From Desulfobacteraceae bacterium (GTDB lineage: Bacteria > Desulfobacterota > Desulfobacteria > Desulfobacterales > UBA11574): DNA of 48,163 bases. The stretch is from positions 1-48,163 of the forward strand of contig JAUVVL010000002.1 of assembly GCA_030604635.1 (NCBI GenBank). Reading direction: 5' to 3'. The notes below the pieces were generated by a model. The model searched no databases. It saw nothing but the letters and a program-made list of their open reading frames with translations, and was not told the DNA's origin. A program made the position numbers and the translations under genes. This document shows, piece after piece, positions 1 to 8,535 of the stretch; the stretch's first letter is position 1, and every line of letters starts with the position of its first letter.

Positions 1-174
1 ATAGCTGTTGCGGAAAAGGTAAAAGATTTTTTGGAAAACCATACCGAAATCGACAATATGCTGACCAAAAACGGCGAGTTCAGGCTCTTTGTGTCAGATG
101 TCACCGACCAGTTTGAAAAAACGGCAATGACCACACTCAAAAGAAATGTTCTTCTTGAGCATGTAAAAATTTAA
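1..174 (+). CDS. 3' end of an unidentified CDS entering from the left edge
   Basis: Frame 1 is open from base 1 to TAA at 172-174 (..TLKRNVLLEHVKI*). No recognisable motif. It is the only plus-strand coding segment I accept. Confidence 0.3.
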   Translation: MAVAEKVKDFLENHTEIDNMLTKNGEFRLFVSDVTDQFEKTAMTTLKRNVLLEHVKI

Positions 175-184
175 TTTCAGGAAA

Positions 185-892
185 TTAGAAAAGCGCTCCC
201 GTGCAAAAAATGTTTTTTTCATCTGCCATCTGTGCTTTATAGAGTTGATAATACTTAACAACCTTTTTGACATAATGTTGGGTAGCCCTTATAGGCGGAA
301 CACCTTTATGCTCTCTGACCTTCCGGCTCCCGGCATTGTAGGCGGCAAGTGATAGTATGACATCTCCTTCAAATTGATTCATAATCTGTTTGAAGTACTT
401 GACACCGGCGTCGATATTGTGCTCCGGGTCGAAGCTGTCGACCACACCGAGCGATCTGGCAGTTGCGGGCATCAACTGCATCAGACCCTGCGCGCCCATT
501 TTGGAAACGGCCCTTGGGTTATACCCTGACTCCGCCATGATAATAGCCCTGATAAGCGCCGGATCAATCTCGTAACGTTGGGCCGTTTGAAGGATAATCG
601 GCTGAAATAAGAGTGCGGTTTTCCTTGCATGGGCAGACGAAGAGTTGTTTTCCGAAGAAGTATCAGAGTCTTTCTTTGGGAAAGATCCGGAAAGTTTTGC
701 CCCAAAGACTTCCGGCATCGCATTTGCCGGCTCGATTAGGTTTTGTTCCTGATGAAGGTAAGCAAGCGGCTTTTGTCTATCTTGAAAGGTACAAATATAC
801 GCAATGGTAATTATTGTAATAATGAATAGCCGGAGGGGCAAAGCGCCTGACGGCAAGTTTATGGGTGGCTTTTGATCTATTGATGGACTCAT
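185..892 (-). CDS. Lytic transglycosylase (SLT domain) with N-terminal membrane anchor
   Basis: Hydrophobic N-terminus (LRLFIITIITIAYI). Motifs AESGYNP, GAQGLMQLMPATA and AYNAG are typical of Slt-type catalytic domains. Confidence 0.85.
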   Translation of the reverse strand: MSPSIDQKPPINLPSGALPLRLFIITIITIAYICTFQDRQKPLAYLHQEQNLIEPANAMPEVFGAKLSGSFPKKDSDTSSENNSSSAHARKTALLFQPIILQTAQRYEIDPALIRAIIMAESGYNPRAVSKMGAQGLMQLMPATARSLGVVDSFDPEHNIDAGVKYFKQIMNQFEGDVILSLAAYNAGSRKVREHKGVPPIRATQHYVKKVVKYYQLYKAQMADEKNIFCTGALF

Positions 893-917
893 TTTTGCGC
901 TCCAACCAATATCCTGA

Positions 918-2885
918 TTATGGATCCAGGACCGTGCGCACCTGGTGCATCAAAATTTCCGGTGTAAAAGGCTTTTCGATAAAGTTTACCCCTGATTCCA
1001 AAACCCCATGATGAGAAATGGCGTTGTCCGTGTAACCGGACATAAATAACACTTTCACCTCCGGGTACAGAGGAATTATCCGTTCTGCCAACTCACGACC
1101 GTTCATCCCCGTCATCACCACATCGGTTATCAGCAGATGAATCGACCCTTCGTGCGCCTTGCTGACCCTTAAAGCATCTTCACCATTCTGCGCTTCAAGA
1201 ACGCTGTATCCTTGCTGCTTGAGAACTTTTCGTGCCAGGTTCAGAACCGACCTATCATCTTCCACCAGCAGGACGGTCTCGGAACCCTCGAGCCCCTTTA
1301 AGAGTGTGGGGTCCCTTTTCACCTGCTCAACCGCCGTTTCCACCCCCGGCAGGTAAATTTTGAAGGTCGTGCATTGTCCGGACTCGCTGTAAACCCAGAT
1401 GTAACCCTCCATTTGCTTTACAATTCCATAAACGGTAGACAGGCCCAGCCCCGTCCCCACACCTTTATCCTTGGTAGTGAAAAAGGGCTCGAATATATGG
1501 GACTTAGTCTCCTCGTCCATACCAAAGCCGGTGTCGCTCACCGCAAGCATCACATAAGGTCCGGATTTAAATTCTACACCGCGCTCGCGCCCATAAGACT
1601 CATCCAGATACACGTTCGCCGTCTCAATGGTGAGCTTCCCTCCGCGGGGCATGGCGTCTTTCGCATTGACCGCAAGGTTCATAATTACTTGCTCCATCTG
1701 ACCCGGGTCGGCCTTTACCGGCATCAAACCTGATTCCAAAACCGTCCCAACCTTCACGTCCTCACCGATCAGGCGCTCAAGCATCTTATTCATATCGGTG
1801 ATCACTTCATTGAGATTCAAGACCACGAGCCGTAAGGGTTGCTTGCGGCTAAAGGCCAGAAGCTGGCGGGTCAATAAGGCCGCACGGTCCCCTGCATCTC
1901 TAATCTCCTCCAGTTCTTCTCGTTGAGGATCTTCTTCGCGATGGCGCATCAACAGCAGCCCGACATTCCCTATTATGGTTGTCAGCAAGTTGTTAAAATC
2001 ATGAGCCACCCCTCCGGCCAACCTGCCAACAGCCTCCATTTTCTGGGACTGGATAAGCTGAGCCTCCAGCATCCTTTGTTCAGTGATGTCCTCATAAATG
2101 ACAAATTGGTCTCCTGCCTTCATATTTACCGGTAAAAACTGGATCATTTTTTTTGAGCCGTCTTTGCATATCGCTGTATATGTTAGGGTCCTGCACTGGC
2201 CGACTTTTGTTTCCTCAATAGCGGTGATCCAGGCAGAAATCGCTTGATTTCTGTATTCTTTATCAGGGTAAGCTTTTCTGAACCATTCTCGGCCTGTAGT
2301 AGGAATCTCGTCCAGGGTATAGCCGAACATGGCAACGAACCTGGGGTTGACGTATTTATAATCACCATCTTCCCCAATTATAGATACTCCCAACGGAAAT
2401 TCCTCTATAAGAACTTGAAATCTTTCTCTTTCCTTGTTTAAAGACTGCTCGGCCCGCTTGCGCTCGTCCAGTTCCCGCTGAACCTCCTCGTACAGCCTCC
2501 TGTTTTCTATTACCAGACGCCGCTTTTCAAGGGATTCTTTGACCGCAGCCAACACTTCATCCATGTTCAAAGGCTTGAGGATGTAAGCCGATGCCCCTTC
2601 GTTCAGGGCTCGCACCGCAGTTTCTACAGAGGCATAGCCGGTAATCATGGCCACCACCATGTCAGGCTGCATTCCCTTCAAAGCCGCAATCAGCTCCACC
2701 CCCTCCATGTCGGGGAGCCTGATGTCAATTAGAGCGACATCGAAGGTCGTTTGACCGGCCTTATCAACAGCCTCGCTACCGGTACCGGCAGTGACAACAC
2801 CATAGCCCCTCTCCCGGAATATATCGGAGAGGATCTCGCATGTATCCACATCGTCGTCTGTAATTAAAATTTTACTTACAGCCAT
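918..2885 (-). CDS. Hybrid sensor histidine kinase: REC, coiled coil, PAS, HisKA, HATPase_c, REC
   Basis: N-terminal REC (ILITDDD, LIDIRLPDMEG, LKP). H-box VAHDFNNLL, N-box NLAVNAKDAMP, G-boxes DTGFGMD and GTGLGLS. C-terminal REC (LLVEDD, LLITDVVMTGMNG, EKPF). Start moved to ATG 2885 (MAVSKIL), just after the upstream stop; the ORF track starts at 2909. Confidence 0.9.
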   Translation of the reverse strand: MAVSKILITDDDVDTCEILSDIFRERGYGVVTAGTGSEAVDKAGQTTFDVALIDIRLPDMEGVELIAALKGMQPDMVVAMITGYASVETAVRALNEGASAYILKPLNMDEVLAAVKESLEKRRLVIENRRLYEEVQRELDERKRAEQSLNKERERFQVLIEEFPLGVSIIGEDGDYKYVNPRFVAMFGYTLDEIPTTGREWFRKAYPDKEYRNQAISAWITAIEETKVGQCRTLTYTAICKDGSKKMIQFLPVNMKAGDQFVIYEDITEQRMLEAQLIQSQKMEAVGRLAGGVAHDFNNLLTTIIGNVGLLLMRHREEDPQREELEEIRDAGDRAALLTRQLLAFSRKQPLRLVVLNLNEVITDMNKMLERLIGEDVKVGTVLESGLMPVKADPGQMEQVIMNLAVNAKDAMPRGGKLTIETANVYLDESYGRERGVEFKSGPYVMLAVSDTGFGMDEETKSHIFEPFFTTKDKGVGTGLGLSTVYGIVKQMEGYIWVYSESGQCTTFKIYLPGVETAVEQVKRDPTLLKGLEGSETVLLVEDDRSVLNLARKVLKQQGYSVLEAQNGEDALRVSKAHEGSIHLLITDVVMTGMNGRELAERIIPLYPEVKVLFMSGYTDNAISHHGVLESGVNFIEKPFTPEILMHQVRTVLDP

Positions 2886-2886
2886 C

Positions 2887-4902
2887 CTATTTCCCATTGC
2901 CAAAAACAATTTCGCCTATCTTGTTCAAATCATCTATTCCCCGCACCTCATGCGGAAACATCGGCACATTTGTTATTGTGCGGGAGGAAAATATTGAATG
3001 GATCTTTTTGATATATCCTGCCTGCTCAACCCTTTTGGAAGAACAAAAATTACAATCAGTCTGCGGAATAACCATGTTAACTATAATGCTGCCGCAATGG
3101 ATCTTTGCATTATCCAAAGCGCTTACAAGCCGCTCCAACTCAAGTAATCCCATGGCCTCGGCAATAGTGACCGCTGCAAAATTCGTTTTATTGTGATCCA
3201 TAAAGGCTTCCTGAATTCTTCTGACATTTTTGGACATGGCTAAAGCCTTTTCAGCGGCCTTAGCCAGCCTGACCACTCCCTTGTATTTCAATAATAATCT
3301 AAAAAATGCATTTAACCATTCCCTGACCATATCGGGAAGCTCTAAAAAGCGAAGAAGGTGGCCGGTAGGCGATGTGTCCAGGACAAAGATGTCAAATTTT
3401 CCTTCCTTTCTCAGGTCCATGATCTTATCCAGGGCCATGATCTCATCGAGGCCAGGGGGTGCAAGGGTTAAAAGCTCCGTCATGACCTCACGGTCGAATT
3501 TTATATCAACCCCGCCGCCAAGAAATTTGTCGAATATCTCTTCTATCTCTTTTTTGAAATCCTGCTTAAAATCTTCAAACAACTTATCCGCATTTATCTC
3601 AAGAGCGTATAGATTGGTCTTTGGGTAGTGAAGATTGAAGATTGAAGATTGAAGATTTTGATGTATCGGTGTAATTTTATCCCCGATGGTCAATTTGAAT
3701 GAATCGGAGAGTGAATGAGCGGGATCTGTGCAGAAGACAAGTATGTTTTTATCCGGGTTACATTGTGCCAGATGAAGGGCGGCGGCTGAAGCAAGGGACG
3801 TCTTGCCTACTCCGCCCTTACCGCCAAAGAGAACAAATTCCAGGTTGGGATCGATAGCTAAATAGGCCTGGACTTCCTCAACACTGACAACAGCCTTAGG
3901 GGATTCATAAGGTTTGGATATTCCCATAAGATAATCCGCCAGACCCTTCAGTTCTTCCACCCCTCGGATTTCATTAGGAAACAATGGAACTTTGATCAAA
4001 CTATATTGAGAAAAACTCTCTTCGATCTCAGACAAAGGCTGTCTCTGATCCTCTTGCTTTGACGCGCAAAATGCACATTCATGAGCATCTGCCACCCTGT
4101 TGACAATAATCTCCGTCACTGGAATATTGTTTTTCTCTAGAGCACTTAACAATCTCTTTGTCTCAGATGTCGCCATGGGCTCAGGAATAGTTACGGGAAC
4201 AAAGCGGGTTGTCTGCTCGTCTGAAAGCAGTTTTTTAACGCTCTCAATATCAGAGGAAAGCTTATCAATGAAAAAATCACACTCATCTTTCACATACTTT
4301 TTGCCGGTAAAATGGACTGACATGAATCTGTGCTTTTGCTGCATTAAGTCCATGAACTCAATCCATTTTAGCATCTGTTCGGGGAGGCTGAGCATGCGCA
4401 CAGTGTGGCCGGTAGGGGCTGTATCAAGTATCAGGATATCATATATCCCCTCTTTCAAAATATTGGCTATCTCGATGACAGCCATGACCTCATCCATCCC
4501 GGGAAGTGAAAGATTAAAAAATTCAGTAATGTCATTCCTATCGAAATATGTTCCCCTGTCTGCAAGTTTCTTGATTACAGCCTCATTTTTCCGTTTAAAC
4601 TCATCCCCCAGCTTGACAGCATCCAACTCGCGGGCGTACAGATTGCGGATTGTTGATTGTTGATTGTTGATTGTTGACCCTCTGTCCTCTGTAACCTTAT
4701 CACCTATCTCGATGCCAAAGCTGTCCCCCAAAGAATGGGCAGGATCGGTCGAAATCACCAAAACTTTTTTGTCGTTTTGAAAAGACCGTGCAAGATGAAC
4801 AGCCGCAGCCGCAGCCATGGTTGTCTTGCCCACCCCGCCTTTTCCGCCAAAAAGGATAAGGCGAAGCTCTTTGTTTTGAAAATATTCGGGAACGTTAGTC
4901 AT
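2887..4902 (-). CDS. Internally duplicated Get3/TRC40/ArsA-family ATPase (two fused halves), copy 1
   Basis: Two deviant P-loops GGKGGVGKTT and GGKGGVGKTS. Each half carries DPAHSL and DTAPTGHT/L. Each half ends with a CxxCxxK/R motif (CAFCASKQ, CNFCSSKR), like the Get3 zinc-bridging CxxC. 671 aa. Confidence 0.9.
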   Translation of the reverse strand: MTNVPEYFQNKELRLILFGGKGGVGKTTMAAAAAVHLARSFQNDKKVLVISTDPAHSLGDSFGIEIGDKVTEDRGSTINNQQSTIRNLYARELDAVKLGDEFKRKNEAVIKKLADRGTYFDRNDITEFFNLSLPGMDEVMAVIEIANILKEGIYDILILDTAPTGHTVRMLSLPEQMLKWIEFMDLMQQKHRFMSVHFTGKKYVKDECDFFIDKLSSDIESVKKLLSDEQTTRFVPVTIPEPMATSETKRLLSALEKNNIPVTEIIVNRVADAHECAFCASKQEDQRQPLSEIEESFSQYSLIKVPLFPNEIRGVEELKGLADYLMGISKPYESPKAVVSVEEVQAYLAIDPNLEFVLFGGKGGVGKTSLASAAALHLAQCNPDKNILVFCTDPAHSLSDSFKLTIGDKITPIHQNLQSSIFNLHYPKTNLYALEINADKLFEDFKQDFKKEIEEIFDKFLGGGVDIKFDREVMTELLTLAPPGLDEIMALDKIMDLRKEGKFDIFVLDTSPTGHLLRFLELPDMVREWLNAFFRLLLKYKGVVRLAKAAEKALAMSKNVRRIQEAFMDHNKTNFAAVTIAEAMGLLELERLVSALDNAKIHCGSIIVNMVIPQTDCNFCSSKRVEQAGYIKKIHSIFSSRTITNVPMFPHEVRGIDDLNKIGEIVFGNGK
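3630..3657. repeat. Heptamer array (GAAGATT x4) inside the Get3-like CDS, encoding QNLQSSIFNL
   Basis: Four exact 7-nt units read through in-frame on the minus strand. It is the same unit as the intergenic CTTCAAT arrays. Confidence 0.9.
4641..4675. repeat. Heptamer array (GATTGTT/GATTGCG x5) inside the Get3-like CDS, encoding STINNQQSTI
   Basis: Five 7-nt units lie at the equivalent loop of the N-terminal half, just before NLYARELD. Confidence 0.85.
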
Positions 4903-4973
4903 TTGTCATTTGTCATTTGTTATTAGTTATTGGTTATTAATTATTGGTTATTAATTATTGGTTATTAATTATT
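4897..4973. repeat. STRR-like heptamer array, 11 units (AGTCATT/TGTCATT/GGTTATT/AATTATT)
   Basis: Exactly 77 nt (11 x 7). It fills the whole spacer between the stop of 4973..5872 and the start codon of 2887..4902. Confidence 0.9.
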
Positions 4974-5872
4974 CACTGGACCTTGGACAATCTTATTTCC
5001 AGCAGATTATTTCTAAGATGAACCTGCTGGCTATCGAAATTTGCTTCACAGGGCAGCTGGATGATTTCCGCCCAGGGGGAGCCGGTTTTTTCGGATTTGA
5101 CCACCAGCTCATCTCCGTGAATTTCCAGTTTTAAATCAGATGCCGCCACCCTTTTTGCTTCCATAATCACCCGGATGTGCGAGCCTTCATCGAATATGTC
5201 CAATAACCGGTCTTTGGTCTCTTTCCTCCATTTTTCCTGCTCTCCCATCAGCCACCAGCTAAATAAAACCTTTTCTCCGGTCTCGTGGTCTGTCCTGGCC
5301 CTTTCAAAAGAGAGAATCGGGCAGCCGACCACTTTCTCTGCGATGGGATTGATCGTCTCCTTAATGTTCAGAAGAACATGCATATGGTTTGGGGCATCGA
5401 TGAGTTTGGCCAGTTGGTCGATCCTGGCGTGACGGTTGTCCCGGAGGTACCACAAAATATCCTGGCCGTCAGGATCGAGTCTGGCAGAAATCTTTTCGAT
5501 AGTTTCCAGATCGATCTTCAAAAGAGAAGCCTGCATGATTATTCTTTTCTGCCAGGTTTCACAATCGTTTACCACGAACCAGATCCTGGAATCCCCTGAG
5601 GCTTTTCCAGCCTTATAAAAAAGACATACGGCTTGTTTTCTCCTTAAAACATAATGGAGTTTTTCTACCTTTAACGCTTTGATATCATTTACCAGGATTT
5701 TAAACCGAATAGTGCGTCCCTGGCAGATCATCAGCCTTTGATTGGTAAGATATAACCCGGCAATCTTCCACCCGGAGCGCAAGCTATCCTTATATGCCCC
5801 CTGGCCTTGGATGATAATATGCTCACCATCTTGAAGGTGGGGGATGCCGGTTTTTTGGAAATCTCTTTGCAT
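4973..5872 (-). CDS. Three-part protein: PH/GRAM-like domain, wHTH-like segment, C-terminal alpha-crystallin (Hsp20-like) domain
   Basis: N-terminal GWKIAGLYLTNQRLMICQG..W motif pattern of GRAM/GLUE-type PH domains. Middle DILWYLRDNRHARIDQLAKLI. C-terminal LLDIFDEGSHIRVIMEAKRVAASDLKLEIHGDELVV..IQLPCEAN..NNLLEIRLSK resembles an ACD. Confidence 0.55.
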   Translation of the reverse strand: MQRDFQKTGIPHLQDGEHIIIQGQGAYKDSLRSGWKIAGLYLTNQRLMICQGRTIRFKILVNDIKALKVEKLHYVLRRKQAVCLFYKAGKASGDSRIWFVVNDCETWQKRIIMQASLLKIDLETIEKISARLDPDGQDILWYLRDNRHARIDQLAKLIDAPNHMHVLLNIKETINPIAEKVVGCPILSFERARTDHETGEKVLFSWWLMGEQEKWRKETKDRLLDIFDEGSHIRVIMEAKRVAASDLKLEIHGDELVVKSEKTGSPWAEIIQLPCEANFDSQQVHLRNNLLEIRLSKVQ

Positions 5873-5906
5873 GGCATTTCACGATTGACTATTGACCACT
5901 GCCAAC

Positions 5907-7670
5907 TTACATCTTCTCCAACAATTTCCTAAGCGCTTCCGTCTTATTTTTGATGAGCCCGCTTTCACCTTGGGCCATGGCCTCTTTTACTTTAAATATG
6001 ACTGACTCAATCTGTCGAAGATAAGAAGTCGACAATTTTCCCTTTTTTTCCTCAACAACCAGTTCAGCCGCACGGATCATGCTGTCGGCCTGGATGTTAA
6101 TCTCCAATGACTCGCGTTTTTTCATATCTTCTTCGGCATGCGCTTCAGCCTCACTGACCGCCTGCTTTACCTGTTCATCCGACAACAGGTATGAAGCATC
6201 GATCTTGATGCCGGTCTGTTTTTCGGTGTGCAGCTCCTGAGCAGAGACTTTCACGATTCCGTTCACATCGATCTTAAAGGAGACCTCCACATGGGCCTTT
6301 CCCCTGGGCAGGGTTGGAATATCGGTCAACTGGAATTGCCCCAGGCTGAAATTGTCTACAGCCATCTCCCGCTCACCCTGGAGGACATGAATATCCATCA
6401 CGGCTTGATTATCCTCGGCGTTGGTAAATATCTGCCCGGCAGATGTGGGTATGGCGGCGTTTCTGTGGATGATCTTTGTAAAAAGACCGCCCTGTGTTTC
6501 AACACCTAATGAAAGCGGGGTTACGTCAACCAGTACAACATCGCTAATCTCTCCGGTCAAAACCCCGGCCTGGACAGCCGCCCCGATTCCCACTACCTCA
6601 TCAGGGTTGATCTTGACATAAGGTTTTTTATTAAAGATTTTTTCCACCAGTTCTCTTACAGACGGCATTCGGGTGGAGCCTCCCACCAACACGATCCGAT
6701 CGATCTCATCCGGAGACAGCCGGGCATCAGATAAGGCCAGCCGTGTAGGGCCGACGAGCTTTTCCCTCAAATCCGAAGTTATCGCTTCAAATGTTTCCCG
6801 ATCAATTGAGACCTCCGGATCTTTTAATTTGCCGTTTTGGGTCCTGCCCGCTCGTGCCCTGTCCGCCTCGCTCCACCCGGCAGGAGGGCAGGCGGGTTTG
6901 ATAAAAGGAAGGGAAATTTTGACACCGGGTTGGCAGGAAAGCTCCCTTTTGGCCTTTTCACAGGCCTCTTTCAAACGCTGTAGTGCGTATTTGTCTGATC
7001 TTATATCAACCCCATGTTCATTTAAAAATTTTTCAGCAAAGTAATCAAGCAGCCTTTGGTCCCAGTCATCGCCGCCAAGCCGGGTGTTGCCGCTGACAGC
7101 TTTGACATGAAAAAAACCGTCTCCCAGCTCCAGGATGGACACGTCAAACGTCCCTCCGCCCAGGTCCCAGACCAGGATCGTTTGAATATCTTCACGATCC
7201 AGCCCATAAGCCAGGGAGGCCGCCGTAGGCTCGTTGATTATCCTTATCACATCAAGGCCGGCTATCCTGCCGGCATCTTTGGTGGCCTGGCGCTGACCGT
7301 CATTGAAATAGGCAGGAACCGTGATAACGGCCTTTTTCACCTCTTCTCCAAGATAGTTCTCAGCGTCTGATTTTATCTTGCGCAAAATAAAGGAGGATAT
7401 CTCCTGGGGGGAATAGCTCCTGCCATTAAGAGAGACTCTGTAGTCGCTGCCAATATGCCTCTTAATGGACATGACCGTCTTTTCGGTATTGGCTGCGGCC
7501 TGGCTTTTGGCTACCGAGCCGACCAGTTTATGCCCCTGGGCTGTTTCCGCAAAAACAGAGGGCGTCAGATTTTCCCCTTCAGCGTTTTTAATCACTTTGG
7601 CCTGCCCATCTTCTATAATGGCTGCCACCGAGTAAGTAGTGCCAAGATCTATGCCGATTGCTTTAGTCAT
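5907..7670 (-). CDS. Atypical Hsp70/DnaK-family chaperone (short lid, extra loop insert)
   Basis: GIDLGTTYSVAA, DLGGGTFDVSIL, VLVGGSTRMP and a substrate-binding beta domain (VDVTPLSLGVET). 587 aa, so the C-terminal lid/tail is shorter than in DnaK. About 18 extra residues follow LPFI. Confidence 0.9.
   Translation of the reverse strand: MTKAIGIDLGTTYSVAAIIEDGQAKVIKNAEGENLTPSVFAETAQGHKLVGSVAKSQAAANTEKTVMSIKRHIGSDYRVSLNGRSYSPQEISSFILRKIKSDAENYLGEEVKKAVITVPAYFNDGQRQATKDAGRIAGLDVIRIINEPTAASLAYGLDREDIQTILVWDLGGGTFDVSILELGDGFFHVKAVSGNTRLGGDDWDQRLLDYFAEKFLNEHGVDIRSDKYALQRLKEACEKAKRELSCQPGVKISLPFIKPACPPAGWSEADRARAGRTQNGKLKDPEVSIDRETFEAITSDLREKLVGPTRLALSDARLSPDEIDRIVLVGGSTRMPSVRELVEKIFNKKPYVKINPDEVVGIGAAVQAGVLTGEISDVVLVDVTPLSLGVETQGGLFTKIIHRNAAIPTSAGQIFTNAEDNQAVMDIHVLQGEREMAVDNFSLGQFQLTDIPTLPRGKAHVEVSFKIDVNGIVKVSAQELHTEKQTGIKIDASYLLSDEQVKQAVSEAEAHAEEDMKKRESLEINIQADSMIRAAELVVEEKKGKLSTSYLRQIESVIFKVKEAMAQGESGLIKNKTEALRKLLEKM
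6834..6899. repeat. GC-rich REP-like segment embedded in-frame in the Hsp70 gene (encodes KPACPPAGWSEADRARAGRTQ)
   Basis: The sense strand cccgcctgccctcctgccgggtggagcgaggcggacagggcacgagcgggcagg closely matches the intergenic element at 43351-43400 and 45080-45130. Confidence 0.7.
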
Positions 7671-7739
7671 GTTCTCCTTCGTCGAACATTTTGGTCATTA
7701 GTCATTGGTGTTGACTGCCGATGACCACTGACCACTGTC

Positions 7740-8351
7740 CTAGGACTCATTTGAAAACTCTGATAGAAGCTTTAATATATTTTCCTCGGCAAATGGTTTA
7801 TCGATGAAGCTGCAGACCCCTTTGGCCGTTGCTTCTTCCATTCTTTCAGCACTGCCATATGCAGAAATGATGGCTACCAATGTCTCTGAGTTCATTTTTT
7901 TGATTTTAGAAAGGAGATCCATTCCATCACCATCAGGCAGTTTTAAATCTAAAAATACCAGATCGGGTGATTTCTTTAGACAGTCAGTGCCTTCACTTAT
8001 GGTATTGGCAACAATTACATTATACCCTTTGGCGCTTAAAATATTAGATAAAAGCCAACACAAATCCTCTTCGTCGTCTATTATCAAAATATTTTTTATC
8101 CGCTTTTTTGGAAACGAAATCGGCTTTATTTCTTGTTTGTTTCTTTTTAAATCCTCTTCGTCCTTTTGTTTAAAATAATGCCTCAGCTCTTCAAGCTCTT
8201 CAGGTTTACGCCAACCAGAGAGACCGCTTCGCCGTACAAGCGCCTCATCATGTTTTATTATTCCCTTAAGAATCCAACTCTCTAACCTGGACTGATGAAT
8301 TGCCCTGTATATATCCGCACCTCTTATGACATCGTATTTTATTGTTTTCAT
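7740..8351 (-). CDS. Response regulator with N-terminal GYF_2-like domain and C-terminal REC
   Basis: N-terminal LESWILKGIIKHDEALVRRSGLSGWRKPEELEEL (GYF-like). REC: ILIIDDEEDL, LVFLDLKLPDGDG, IIS, DKPF. Confidence 0.8.
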   Translation of the reverse strand: MKTIKYDVIRGADIYRAIHQSRLESWILKGIIKHDEALVRRSGLSGWRKPEELEELRHYFKQKDEEDLKRNKQEIKPISFPKKRIKNILIIDDEEDLCWLLSNILSAKGYNVIVANTISEGTDCLKKSPDLVFLDLKLPDGDGMDLLSKIKKMNSETLVAIISAYGSAERMEEATAKGVCSFIDKPFAEENILKLLSEFSNES

Positions 8352-8389
8352 GAGCTTTCCTCTTATACCCCCTTAAATACAGATCGTAT

Positions 8390-8529
8390 ATTGAAGATTG
8401 AATATTGAATACCTGCCCGACGGACGGCAGGCGGGTTTGTGGAAATCGCTCCTGTCTGCGTGCGGACACGCACAGGCAGGTCGCTCTGTTTTTTAAAAAA
8501 ATTGACGGAATTCCTTCAATCTTCAATTT
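8390..8529. mobile_element. MITE/REP-like element bounded by inverted heptamer arms (family R1, copy a)
   Basis: Left arm attgaagattgaatattgaat, right arm ttccttcaatcttcaat. Interior gtggaaatcgct..ctctgttttttaaaaaaattgacggaattcc is shared with copies at 22009, 40413 and 43247. Confidence 0.55.
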
Positions 8530-8535
8530 GCAGGT

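Noticed and set aside
2887-4902. ArsA-type ATPases as an arsenic-resistance determinant
   Set aside because: No arsR, arsB, arsC or arsD lies in the window. Both genes sit inside the gvp array, and each half carries a Get3-like CxxC motif. This remains formally untested without phylogeny.
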